The notes: generated by a model from the sequence alone, not told the origin. Positions 11,817 to 24,394 are shown, counted from the whole stretch's first letter. The stretch is DNA of 63,600 bases, filler included, from Rhabdomonas costata (GCA_019059605.1; 45 parts of 45 records of this genome joined end to end with filler, not necessarily neighbours in it), one strand, 5' to 3'. A program made the numbers and translations.

Positions 11817-12431
11817 GGCCCCTTAAACTCCAGGTCATACGATTACCCTCTGTGTGTTGCCTTGACCACCTCATGGGTTAGGATAACAGCATGACATACA
11901 CATACGCTCTGACTTACCCACCTTCTCCATGTGGTGCTGACTGCAAATGAGTGTCGATGCCTTACCCCACCACTAGGTAAAGGAATAGGTACAGGTACAA
12001 CGAAAGATGGTTACCACACTGTGCATCGGCAGCTTACCAACTCCATCGCAGGAACCCTAGGCCTATTCCAACACCTGGTACTAGCACACACTCGCTACAC
12101 TACTAACAGTGTAACACACCATACGTTGATGTATACGCGTATCTACTATGGTGTTGTGTCTCTGGATGAATGGGGTCACACCACATGACTCGCACCACAC
12201 CAACGCTATATCACCTCCGTGTGTAAGGTTGAGCAACCTGTGCCGATTCTACACCACCTTAGCTCCATCGTTACCAGTGGCCCATGGTTGCCAGGTAAGG
12301 TGTGCAAAAAACCCATATGCATTAAATTATACGTCTATCCGAGAGCGAAACCGAAAACGAGACCAAACGTGCCAATGCCAAAGTCCACCGTACCATTCTC
12401 CTTGTCAGCGCATATGCCGAAAGCATTCTAA
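11817..12431 (+). CDS. nad7: Highly divergent, internally shortened mitochondrial NADH dehydrogenase subunit 7-like frame read through TGA; similarity ends near 12290
   Basis: A 204-codon frame interrupted only by TGA at 11892, 11910 and 12186. Ordered motifs: SWVRI~QYIRV; LTHLLHVVLTANECRCLTPPL~LNHLLALTTHAMDVGALTPFL; LGLFQHL~LGLCRDI; TRIYYGVV..DEWG~QRLVDIGTV..DWG; HQRYITSVCKVEQPVPILHHLSSIVTSG~[28 protein letters not shown]. Confidence 0.6.
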
Positions 12432-13031
12432 CTGTGTATGGGAGCGGCGAGTTATCTCCAGCTCAGCTCAATGCCTACCAGTGTTGTCATCATAGAAACC
12501 ATCTCCTTGTAGACTGCGCGGAAAACCGAACCCCTAATGCAAAGACCCGAAACGCAAACATCCAACCCCAAATGCAAAGACACAACTCAGAACCCGAATC
12601 CAGAACCCAGAACACCAACTCAGAAATCCAACCACAAATGCAAAAAACAACACNNNNNNNNNNNNNNNNNNNNNNNNNNNNNNNNNNNNNNNNNNNNTTA
12701 ATTAATTAANNNNNNNNNNNNNNNNNNNNNNNNNNNNNNNNNNNNNNNNNNNNTTTTTGTTGTCGTTTTAACTCGAACTTGACTCTTTTTGGAGGGCCTC
12801 CTGCAAATTTCACAAGCACGCAAGTGAAGGCGATGGTGGAAGAAGCAATTTCAGGGGGAGGACGATGCCTTGTTAGGTCAAGTGCCAAAAAAACTCGGAT
12901 ATTATTTACCATCTTTTTTGCTATGAAGAGGATCCAATTTAGATTGAGTTTTGTGTTATTTTATTATTAAAAATAGAAAAAAGAAAAAAAGGAATGATGC
13001 AGCAGGTGGAATGGTGAAAGGGGAGCTGGTG

Positions 13032-14022
13032 CCATTGATTAGGAGATTCAATGCGCCGCGAACAGGGGGCGGGATCAGTTCGATAATCGAGGAGTTGATC
13101 GCGGCGTACTCCCCGCCGATGCCCAGACCCACCCCGGCGACGGCCACGGCGAACCCACGGTAGCCCCAGCTCAGGCCCGCGGCGACCGCCGCGGTGAGGT
13201 ACACGGAGGGCAGCACCAGGAACAGCTTCTGCCGCCCGTACCGGTCCGCGAGGTACCCAAACACCGCGGCCCCAGTGACGCACCCGCAGATGTACACCGA
13301 GCCCAGCAGCCCGACCTGCGAAAACAGGCGGGGGGGGGGGCGAGAAAGGAGAGAATCAGAAAGCATTGTTCATGTGCTCCGGCCGAAAATCGCTCGCTCG
13401 TGCTGCGGTATCATCCTTTTCTTCGGATCTGACTCTACTTCGTCACTCATCAGGGGCATCCTGTGTCTTGTGTTGTGTGGGTGCATGCGTGCGTGCGTCT
13501 CGTGGATGTGACCGGTTTCCTTCCCACAGATGGAGTGCAGTTTTTTTAAGACCAGTTAATGGCGATGGCGGTATACAACGTCCCCACCGCTCAATCTTAT
13601 CGATCGAAAAAGGCGGACCGATTGGGACGGCATTATTTCAGGGACGAAAGCAAGTCGGCGGCGCCGCCGGAGTGGATAAGCCGAGGTAATATTATGTACG
13701 AGTCGCGCAGAAAATGGACGTTTGACGTTTAACTACGTAGTTTGATATCCCCCCCCAAAAAAAAGATTAGGCTAGCCCCTCACCTTTTCCCAAACCAAAA
13801 CACCGCATACTAAAATCACACCGCCTCCTTTCTCTCTCTCTCCTCTGCGACCTGAACGCTGGAGATGCCCATGGTGGCCTGCAGGCGGGGCCCACACAGG
13901 CCGATCACGGACAGCAACAGGCCGTCCAGCACCCACGCCACACCCAAGCTCAGCACCACCCGCAGGTGCCACCCGCACCACGGCAGACGGTCCAGCCGCG
14001 CCGGGATGTCCGTGTCCACCGT
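13032..14022 (-). CDS. Bacterial-type MFS transporter, two exons (14022-13852 and 13315 to about 13032)
   Basis: TDIPARLDRLPW...LGVAWVLDG / FGYLADRYGRQKLF (MFS motif A) / GLGIGGEYAAINS.I.ELIP...RG...L.ING. Phase-0 GT-AG intron at 13851-13316. Confidence 0.85.
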
Positions 14023-14225
14023 CTGAACACCCACACCCCACCCTCCAACCCACCCATCCACACACCCANNNNNNNNNNNNNNNNNNNNNNNNNNNNNNNN
14101 NNNNNNNNNNNNTTAATTAATTAANNNNNNNNNNNNNNNNNNNNNNNNNNNNNNNNNNNNNNNNNNNNGGTGTGTTTTCCCCTCCGGGGAAAACTCACGG
14201 AGGACATGCCACGGTGACGCCTCAC

Positions 14226-15273
14226 CTGAGGGGGTGGGGTTACGTGCAAGGAAGCGCCCGATGAGCTGCACAGAAGGGCCAGCTCGAGCGCGCGGCGCTT
14301 CGCACTTCCATCCGCAGCAATGGGCGGACCCGGCCCAGGTCCCGCAGGCTGCCCATGTCCCCCGGTCGCGCTTCTCACAGATGTGGCGGCGTGCTTCTCC
14401 ACCATCACCTCTTTGAGGCGTCGCACACTGCCAGCCATGCTGTGCCGAAGGTGGTTTGAAGGCCCGTGGCCCAGCGTGTCCGCAGTTGGGCCCCTGCCCT
14501 CGCTAGGCCTGGTGGTGGAGCGTGGTACCGAGCGGCTCTCCTGCCGAAGACTGTCTTTCTCCGAGGTGTAGGGCCCGGCACACCAGCCCACCTCCCGAGC
14601 GACGCGCTGCTCTGCCCTGGCCTGGTCCACCAGCACGCTCTCCAGGATCTCAATCCTCTCCCTTAACTCCGAATTTTCATGGTTGAGCTCAGCGATAGTA
14701 TGCCGCTGTGTCTGGAAAAGCCCGGTCAGGCGCTGCACCTCGCCCTGCAGTCCCCCGTTGCTTCTGACGACCTCCCGCAGAAGAGCCACCGCCTGAATTA
14801 CCTTCGCCTCCAGAAACCCGCGTCGAGCATCCGTATCCCCTGCACACGACGAGGATGTTGCTGCCTCTAGCTGGGAAATCGCAGCGACCTGCGAGGAGTC
14901 AGGAAGCGGCTGAGCAGCGATGCCGTGGAAATCTTTGGATGAGGCATTCGTGATGTTGTTTTGAAGGGAGTCCTGCGCAGGTTCCCGCTGAGTGGCTTCC
15001 GAAGTTGACGAGCTGCTTAGTAATCCTTCGCCCCGAGCGCCGCGGCACACAGCGCAGATGGAAGCCTCTGCGCCAGCACCAGTGGCCCCCAGGGCGAGAA
15101 GGGTGGCACGGTACCGCTCATTTTCCGCACGCAGGGCGGCGACCTGGGCCTGCAGCTCGCGGATCTGCGCCGCCCGTGGGTCCTCGTTGACCACAGGACG
15201 GTTGCGAATGTTCCGGGCGCGACTGGCGTAGAACAGAGTGCATAGGGTTTCCTCCACAAAGGCGTCCATCGGG
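14226..15273 (-). CDS. Kinesin exon: end of the motor domain, neck coil and stalk
   Basis: SP.DAFVEETLCTLFYASRARNIRNRPVVNEDPRAAQIRELQAQV followed by coiled coils; donor cag|gtgagg. Confidence 0.9.
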
Positions 15274-15448
15274 CTGGCACACACATACGACAGAAACCGG
15301 GAAAAGGAACACGAAAACAATTACCGCGAATTGCCCAAAGGTGACAATCGCAAGCTCTCAATAATCCCAAGCGCTCTGAGGGAGGGTATTGGTGCTCCAA
15401 CCAACGGCGTTTACACCGTGCACTGCCCATCCATCATAAGCAAGTTTC

Positions 15449-15479
<31 letters not shown>

Positions 15480-15985
15480 TGCGCNNNNNNNNNNNNNNNN
15501 NNNNNNNNNNNNNNNNNNNNNNNNNNNNTTAATTAATTAANNNNNNNNNNNNNNNNNNNNNNNNNNNNNNNNNNNNNNNNNNNNGGTGTGGGGGTCGGAG
15601 AACAGAAACTGTTTGGCGGGGTATGACCTTTGCGGGTTTCTGGGCATGAGAAAAGTGGGGGAGGGGGCATTTTGAAGGGAAAAGGAGCATCCTTCCGTCA
15701 CCCGACAGCAAACGAGCCCAGCCAAAATTTTGGAACAGAACCATCAATGGATGGGGCGAGGTAAGGGCCCATCAATGACAACGTACAGGAATCGGCAAAC
15801 GCGTGCCACTGTGAAAAAAGGACAATCTTTATTCCAATGTGAAGGGATGCTTGCCAAAAAATTCTCTTCTTCTGACTTCGTGTGTCGTGTGTCGTGTGCC
15901 CTTGTGAGAAAGCTTGCGGCCAAGAAGGAAGGCGAATAGCAAGGAAAGTGGGAGAAACCCGCTCCACGTACATACACACACACAC

Positions 15986-16900
15986 CCTTCAGCAATCTCT
16001 GGCCTGAGGTCGTACGCCGTGGTGCCCACCCCAGGCCGCATCCGCCCGTCCTCAAAGATCACACAGCTCGGGGGCAGCCCGGTGTGCTCGTTGCTGGCGT
16101 GCATAGCGTGGCAGACCTCCCCCATATCCACCGCGGCGGCCCTCCACTCCCGCGCCTGGTCCGCTGCCGCGGGGTCGAAGGGGGTGGTGGCCGCGGCCAG
16201 GGCGAACATCCCCGCGGCAAAGCAGCTGAGGTGCTCCACCTCGCAGTCCCTCCGCCACCGCCCCATATCAAGCTCCAGTCTCTGGCCCAGGAACCGGAAC
16301 GGCCCCTCGGTGCGGCCCAGGTGTGTCCACAGGCTGCGGGCTGATCGCTGGAAGGCCTGAAGGTAGGGCCTTTCCTATGAAGACAGGAAGCCCCACCCTG
16401 GGGAAAGAGCGAAGGGAACCTCGATGAACCCAGTAACCACCACGCACAAAACCAATGTGAACACTGTCTTTTTCCACTCCAATCTTGATCAATAGAGTTG
16501 TTGTGAACGATTCTACCCTTTCTTGGGTGCCATAACGTGCCCTTGTCTCACACTTATTTTTCTCTTACAGGGGGAGGGGAGCCGCGCAGGGTCACCCTCT
16601 ATAAACCCAGGCAACAAATGCCAGCTCGCAAATAGAAGCAGGTGCAGCTGTGGGCGTTCACATGCTTACATGCTCACCATTTTTGAGTAGAAAGGGAAGA
16701 AAGAATGCGTCCAGTGGACGTCACCCTTCGTCCGCGGAAGAGCCACTGCTTCAGAAGGTTCTCATAAAACGCGTCGACGTTGGCCCCAGTGGTGAAGGCC
16801 CCGCCCCACTCCCGGGTGTCCGGGTCCCACCACTCCGAGGCCAGCCCGTGGTCTGGCAGGCTCCGCAGCACCGTCTCCATCACGGCACTCCCGGCCTCGT
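15986..16900 (-). CDS. Class I alpha-1,2-mannosidase (GH47), two exons (16900-16725 and 16374-15986)
   Basis: Motifs GANVDAFYENLLKQWL, EHLSCFAAGMFAL, TGLPP and YDLRPEIAE; in-frame GT-AG intron at 16724-16375. Confidence 0.9.
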
Positions 16901-17209
16901 NNNNNNNNNNNNNNNNNNNNNNNNNNNNNNNNNNNNNNNNNNNNTTAATTAATTAANNNNNNNNNNNNNNNNNNNNNNNNNNNNNNNNNNNNNNNNNNNN
17001 TTGTTGGGGGGACTCGCAGGTTTGGTCGGGAAGATGCAGGTGGGAAGAAAAGAAAATCGAAGAGCTCCCGGGATGTAACCTGTCCTTTCCCGTGTTAAGT
17101 TGTTAGGGTTACGGTCCGTTCGCGTTCCACAATTGCTTGGAGCGTATAGAGGAAATGCCCAAAGAAGAAATCCACAAAAACCGGGTATTGAGGTGTAGAT
17201 CAGATTTAC

Positions 17210-17461
17210 CTTTGAAGGAGCCGAGCTGTCGCACGGTCTTCACGATATCCCCGACGTCGGGGGAGCTCTGCACTCCGAGCTGACGCAGCAGGGCGCGGGA
17301 GACGGGCATCCCGGGCCGACCCCGGAGCTCCGTCACGGAGGGGTCCACGCAGGGCAGACAGAGCGTGGCGTAGCCCCCGCTGCCCACCCGGTCTACCGCA
17401 TCGCCCGCACCCCCGCGGTGCAACACAGAGGGGAGGTAGGCCTTCGACGGGACTTGCATGC
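17210..17461 (-). CDS. Internal exon, possibly a sacsin-like repeat region
   Basis: ctag | ...LLRQLGVQSSPDVGDIVKTVRQL... | gtaaat, GC-rich codon usage. The family call is weak. Confidence 0.4.
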
Positions 17462-20400
17462 CTAGTTTTGTTCACAGGCAAGAACAAGCAAAGAGAAAAA
17501 GGATGGAAAGGGAAGCACTCATCCACAACCACAACCACAACGTAGATGCTCGGAATGAGGAATGCGTACGTCAAGTATGAGGCTTGGGAAGCACAGCAAA
17601 GCACAGCAAAGCACAGCACAGCAAGCAAGCAAGAAAGTCGAGGGCCAGCTAACCTTGACTGGTTGGGATGCAGCGACACCCTTTCATCCGCTCCAGTAGC
17701 CGATGAAAGGCCCCACTTTCAGCAACCTACAGCCCCCAGACGCACCGAAAAGAACGAGGAGAACAGCGACAACCAACAGGCGAAAGGGGAAAAAGTAATG
17801 TCACTGGAGGAGTGCAAAGACAGTAAATTGAAAAGTCGCCCACTAGCGAACCAGAACAAAGCAAAAAAAAAATCGCACAGCACAGCGAAAAAAGTTAGAA
17901 ATTCCAAAGCGTATCCAAGGGAAAAGAAATGGAACAAAGAAATGGAACAAAGAAATGGAGGACTGTGGAAATGCGAACCCTCCTCATCTTGGTGATGCGT
18001 TGGGGAAAAATACGCTCCGCCCAACATCGTTTCACAATCGTTCTACAAAAGGTGAATTCGCATCGAATAGGGCACCCAAAGCCCATTGCCAGGCACAGGC
18101 CAGCTCAATGAGAAGCAACGAGACCCATATGAATGAATTGGAAAATATCCCGGCAATCATCATCACGTGCGCCCATCCCATCCCAGGCACACCTCGGAGT
18201 GGTGCACGGAAAGGAAGTGCAGGATGGCCGGGATGGACTTCTCGTCCTCCAGGGAGCCCCGCGGACCGCCGACCAGCCATTCCACCCAGCGCACGGCCTT
18301 GGCGGGCTTCAGCNNNNNNNNNNNNNNNNNNNNNNNNNNNNNNNNNNNNNNNNNNNNTTAATTAATTAANNNNNNNNNNNNNNNNNNNNNNNNNNNNNNN
18401 NNNNNNNNNNNNNGTGTTGGGTGTGGTTGGGTTGGGGGGTCGGGGACGGGGACGACCGCTCCGCATACGAGGCCGTCCTGGGAGACCCTTGTGCGGAGTA
18501 TTGCAGGGCGGAAGTAGAGGAGGAGGAGGGCCGGCGGCGTGACGGGCTCGCGCTCATCGCGGTCACTGAGGGATGAAGGGGCAGGGGCCACCAGCAAGAA
18601 AAAGGGAGAAGAAGCAGTGGTGGTGGATGTGTTCTTGTTCGAAGAGGTTTGTCCTGCTTTTCTAATCAGCAAGTCAAAAAAATGAACAGGTCGTCGTCGA
18701 AACGTCAACTGACAATGATGGTAGCGTTCAGTGTTCGGTGAAGCACATCGCGATCGATGGACCTCACCGCCCTCTCACACCCGTACCGTGACCCGAAGCC
18801 GAAGCCGAAAAGCTACAACCGAGCTACTGTACGGCTTGAGCCCCAGCACGCTTCTGGGATTTTCACCTTTGGCTGTAGTCGCTGAACTACACACACACTG
18901 CACAACAGAGAGCAACGTGAAAAATATTGAGGATCACCCGCGTAAATAAAAAATGGCTGCTCTCGGAAATCGTTCAACCATGGCTACGCGCACCAAACCC
19001 AGCCGAAGAATATCATGGACGGTCAATTGTTCTCAGTTCTCTGTTTTATCGGTAATTCTGAACTTAGCGCCAAAGGGAAACACTGATCAGAACAGACTGA
19101 ACACATGATAGTCTGCGTTCTTTTCTCTTTTTCCCAATCTTGCGGAAAAAAATGCGACGATGCAGTTCACACTTCACCTTTTGAAACGCACAGATAGAGG
19201 ATAAAGGCAAGGAGAGAACACAGCATACGGACAGGAATTCCGCCTAGCATGCCCAGAGAGTTGTCCAGGTGAGCCCCGGTGGACCCTGTGATCTGAACGA
19301 CAAGCCGCATAACCCACACAGCCCTTGCTTTCCCCTAACCTCTTCTCAAGGACAGGAGTTCTGCGGGGTTTTGGTGGGTAAGCCCTGCATTGGTTGCAAC
19401 CTGTCTTCTCTGGTGGGCCGTTGCATTTTTTTTTGGGAGGGGGGGGGTGTTTACTTCTCTTTACGTTGCCAAGAAAGCACAGCGCAGAGTCCGTGGAGAA
19501 GCGACGTGTGGCTGCTGGCGAGGGTAGGCGATCTCAGGCACAGGACCGCGGACCACCAATCGTGCAGTATGATCTGCATGATAACTTTCCATAACTTTCG
19601 TTTCTTTCGTTTGCACCTGGCGTTAAACAGGGACAACAACCCGCACGCATCTGAGTCTTCAGACCACCCCAAAAGAAAAACGTAAGGGTGCCATATTTTC
19701 TCTTTCCCCACGAACTCCACTTCTCCCACNNNNNNNNNNNNNNNNNNNNNNNNNNNNNNNNNNNNNNNNNNNNTTAATTAATTAANNNNNNNNNNNNNNN
19801 NNNNNNNNNNNNNNNNNNNNNNNNNNNNNTGTTTTGTGTGCACTGCGCAGGCGCCCGTCAGCCCACCTGCGTCCAGGCCGATGCCTATCTCCGGAGAGAG
19901 GAGGCTCGAAGGACTCAGCTGGATGCCGCCATGGGTGTGTGTCCCTGTGTGTGGGAGTGAGGTTTCCGTAGAAGCGGAAGGGGTGTTCCCCAAAAAGCAG
20001 GCCGCGAAGACGGGAGAATCGATCAGAAGCCCGCCTGGAGAACTCCAAAAGAACTTGCACCTTGCGCAAAGAGTGTTTTTGTATGTGCAGACTTTGAACC
20101 CTACCGATCGATGATTTGACGATGCACTCTGGAAAGGGATCATGTTTATACAGTCATCATGACCAGTTGCCGTGAGTGCACCGATGCGCTCTTTCCCTCT
20201 GTGTGAAGCAGATGGTTGACCAGTGTGCTTGATGCGGATGCATGCTGATGCCAAGGGAACAGCACCGAAGAGCTCCCTCCCTCTGCGGCGTCGTCAGTCG
20301 TCTCAAACGGATGCCCTCACTTGATCTTGCTGCACGGCTCTTCTCAGCCTCTCTCTTAGCATCGCCCTTCATCATAGTTAGGGTGCTGTGAAGTTTTCCC

Positions 20401-23400
20401 CGCGAATATTTGTATAAAAACTCAAACCTGCTGCCCACGCGCTCATTCTCTCTCTGCCTGTGTTTAATTGCGCGCGGCACAGTTCTGCGGCTGCTGGATC
20501 ACTGCAGTAGGTTCCATCCTCGGCTGAGACAGCTGTGGGCGGTTCACCTCCGCGCCGTCTGGTTTCGCCCAAACTTCACCTTTCATATGGAGGTGTGGTG
20601 CAGCCACCACCACCGCAGCCATCACTCTCCTCTGTGCATGTCCACTCGCCACCTTTGTGTACGCATCCCTTACTTTGTGCATTAATGCTTCTGCGAAGAA
20701 TTTAAGGACCAACCTCACCCTAACGTGTAGTATTGATCTTTTTCTCCGTGGTCACACCTTACTTGTTGGTTTCCCATCAGAATTTTGGAATATGCTGTCT
20801 GTGCATCCTCCCAAATGTGGAATATATGCTTTCAACTGACAATCCTGTACTTCTTCGCGTCTCATTGGACCTTTTGGACACAGAGAGAAATTGTAAAAAA
20901 AAAATTTGTAATGTGTTATAAAGAATTGATTAAAAAGGAATCTTTGATTATTATGCGCATCGTATACATTGTCTGTCGCGGTGGTTCCAAGAAACTTGCA
21001 GCACACGTCTCCCCACGTACCCTTTGCTAAATCGCTTTTCAAACGCCTGCTGCATTAGCCCCGGCATCCCAGTGCAACCGCCTTGCATCCGAAAAACTTT
21101 TCCCACCCAAAGATTCTCATGCGTGAACCCATGAAGTCCCCAGCNNNNNNNNNNNNNNNNNNNNNNNNNNNNNNNNNNNNNNNNNNNNTTAATTAATTAA
21201 NNNNNNNNNNNNNNNNNNNNNNNNNNNNNNNNNNNNNNNNNNNNGGGGGTGGGGATAACAAAGAGGTCTCACTTTGTACACCATGTCAGCACAGTCGTTT
21301 CGTATGCATTAGAAGCTGCTAATTCAGATGACTTTTTCTGAGCAATGCCGATGTTTTCCAGATGTGCGCGTGACATAAGCCCGTGATTTAACGCTTCTGA
21401 CTTTTGACATGGCCCGGGCTATATTTACAATCTTTTTGGTCCGATAAGGCGGAAAAATATGATTTACCATATTAAAAGTAACAGATCAAGAAAAAATTCA
21501 AAAAGGGATCAAGTTTCCCTTTTCAATATCCGTTTTACCTTCAAAGTTCAAAAAGGCTTGACTACTTCGTTCTTAGTGGAATGGTGTTGGTGTATTGTAT
21601 CAGCGAAATACAATTACAGCACAAAAAAAAGTCGGTCCCAACAGTGGAGATCAGAAAGATCGGAAGATCGGAAGATCAGATGATTCACCTCTCCGAGCTC
21701 GTTCAGACTTGAGCCCCAGGGAAGTTCAGAACCCACTCAATCGGCGCACCTGCGGTCTGGGTTGTACGGGGTGTACGGAACGCGGCCGGCGAACATTGGC
21801 GCAACGCACGGCAGATCCCAGCACGCGGAAGACTCCGCAGGAGACTGCAAAGGGGGTCACCAGAGAAGAAGCGAAGAAAGAAAATACGAGGGAGAAAAAA
21901 GAACGGGTGGGTACGAGGACGAAGGAGGGCTTGGACCTAAAAAAGGACAACCAAATGCTCTTGCTTAAATGAAACCGAGGCAAAAAGAAACGCTTTTGCC
22001 ATACTAAAGTGGCAAACGCGCCAATTTGGGAGAGGGATTTTTTTTTTAAATTTTTGGGCTTTGCTTCAGACGTGGTTTCTTTCCGTAGCAGCGCATTGAG
22101 GGCCACGAGGAAAGGGTGAAGGGCAGGAGGGGACAGGCACCAGCCCAGGAACGGCCCCCTTTCCAAAGGTGAGCAGTTGCGGGGGGCCGGGACCCGTGCT
22201 GCTGAAGTAGTGCAAAGACAGCCACCGGGGGCATTCAAAGTATATCCGCCCTGAGGAGCGCAACGGGGGGCATGGAAGGCAGACACGAGCAGAGCTTCCG
22301 AGCGTCGTTGGGAACGGCGACTGATGGTGGACTCTCTCTCCCTCATTGGCAAACGACGTTTATAAGAACAATATAGGAAACACCGATTTCAAGCACGTAT
22401 GCCAGCTGCTTAAAATGAGTATACCAGACCCAAGACAGCGCGTGAGATGGGACAATTGAAAAGTGGTGCGGGGAGTAGTAGTCCAGAAAACTTGACAAGC
22501 AAAATGAGAAAATGTGAAACAGGTGTCACAATGAAGGTCTCGCTGCCCCACTTTACACCANNNNNNNNNNNNNNNNNNNNNNNNNNNNNNNNNNNNNNNN
22601 NNNNTTAATTAATTAANNNNNNNNNNNNNNNNNNNNNNNNNNNNNNNNNNNNNNNNNNNNGGGTTTTGGGTGGTACCCTTCTAGGCGAATGTTTTGGGAC
22701 ACCGCCTGGAGACCCAAAAGAATCCTTCTCGGCCGGCACTTTTTTCAAATGGTGCAACAGTGCACGCCACTGTAAAGGGACACGGGAAAACGTGTCATTG
22801 TCAATACCTCTTATACCGTCAGCAGCAGCATGTATTTTCTGTTCTTGGAGATGGTGGATAATCATAAATAAATGGGCTTATTTCCCGAAAAGCGGCATCT
22901 TCCATCTTAGGCGAGTCACAAATGCCTGCCAGAGAAGGAGCCCTTAAGGTTGAATTCCGGCGGTTTGTGGTGGTCGTACGTATACTTATGCTTTCTGGTC
23001 TCTCATTGGAGAGTTCGATATTTTTTGCTCACCGTGTGTGTTTGTGTGTAGTGGTTGGAAATGATATTCCTGCATTTGCAGATGTCTAGTTTTGCACACA
23101 TCCAAGTTGCTAGGAGCGGGTTGGGTTGTAGTTGTGCACGGCGGCTCATTTCGCCCCGCAACGCCTTTTTCGGCTTTTCGCCATGGATCCCTTGGTGGAT
23201 CCCTTGGGTGGTTTGGGTCTTTCCTATGGCACCCCCGGACTGTGCCGTGATAGCGGCATGAGTGGTCGTTTTCCGTGGTATGTTGGGTGTATTACTTCGT
23301 CTTCCCGTGCGCCTCTCCCGGAACATGCGGCCATTACGGCGGAATGCATAGTGACACCGAAAGGGCACACTGTCACACTCCAACGATATTGCGGAAAGAC

Positions 23401-24394
23401 TTACGTGGAGGTGGTGCTGCCTCTGGATCCTGCGCGCGTTGCCCTGTATCCCGACCTTGCTTGCACAAGGTGGGCGCTGCCTCGACTTACCTAGGTGGAC
23501 TCGCACCTAGACCGTGGAATAAGTTGGGTAAAAAGATCCAAATGCTTGGGGTTGGCGCCCGCACAAAAACCTTGGGCCCAGACGCCAGCACCCCTGAACT
23601 TTTACCCGCCGGCCTGCGGTTCCCGCAAAAGCTTCCCGAAGGCCCAGACGCTTTGGACTTCCGGTCTCCCAGCACAATGTTAAGCGGAACCGGCCTTAAT
23701 GCCGGGACGCCGGATGGAGTTATTCCGTTTGGTCTACACCTATAGGCCATCTCATGCCATCGGCGGCAGATCCCCAGTTAGGCATGGCCGGAAGCGGGTC
23801 CGCGAGGACGACGAAGTGGAGGTCTCGGGCATCAACCCTTCCACTCCTTCCCGATGGAGGTGACACCGCCGGCCACCCGAGACACCAACCGCCACCGCCC
23901 CCATACCCATTGGCGTCCCGTGACTCTCCCGTCGACGCCGCGCCGTTGCCTGTTGCCGGTTCGCATCCCCACCACCNNNNNNNNNNNNNNNNNNNNNNNN
24001 NNNNNNNNNNNNNNNNNNNNTTAATTAATTAANNNNNNNNNNNNNNNNNNNNNNNNNNNNNNNNNNNNNNNNNNNNTATGTTTGCTTCTGGATACGCAAA
24101 AAGGATGCGGGTGGCGGGGTGTGGGACTGAAGCGGTGCGGGATGCGCCCGCCCAGTAGAAAGTGGTTGTGAGGATAAACACACCATGCGACAAGTATGAC
24201 TTTTCACGAACGTAGACCCCATTGGTACCTGGTGCTGTGATTTCTGTACGCTTGCCCCCGAAGGCCCAGTTGCAGTTACATGAAAGATATCTCCCTTGGC
24301 TGCTTTGTGCAAGATAATGCCCTGGGAAGCGTCGGTGTGCGGCAAGGAGGAAAAAAGAAAACCAGATGACAGAGCCCTGGAAAGCGTCGGTTCT

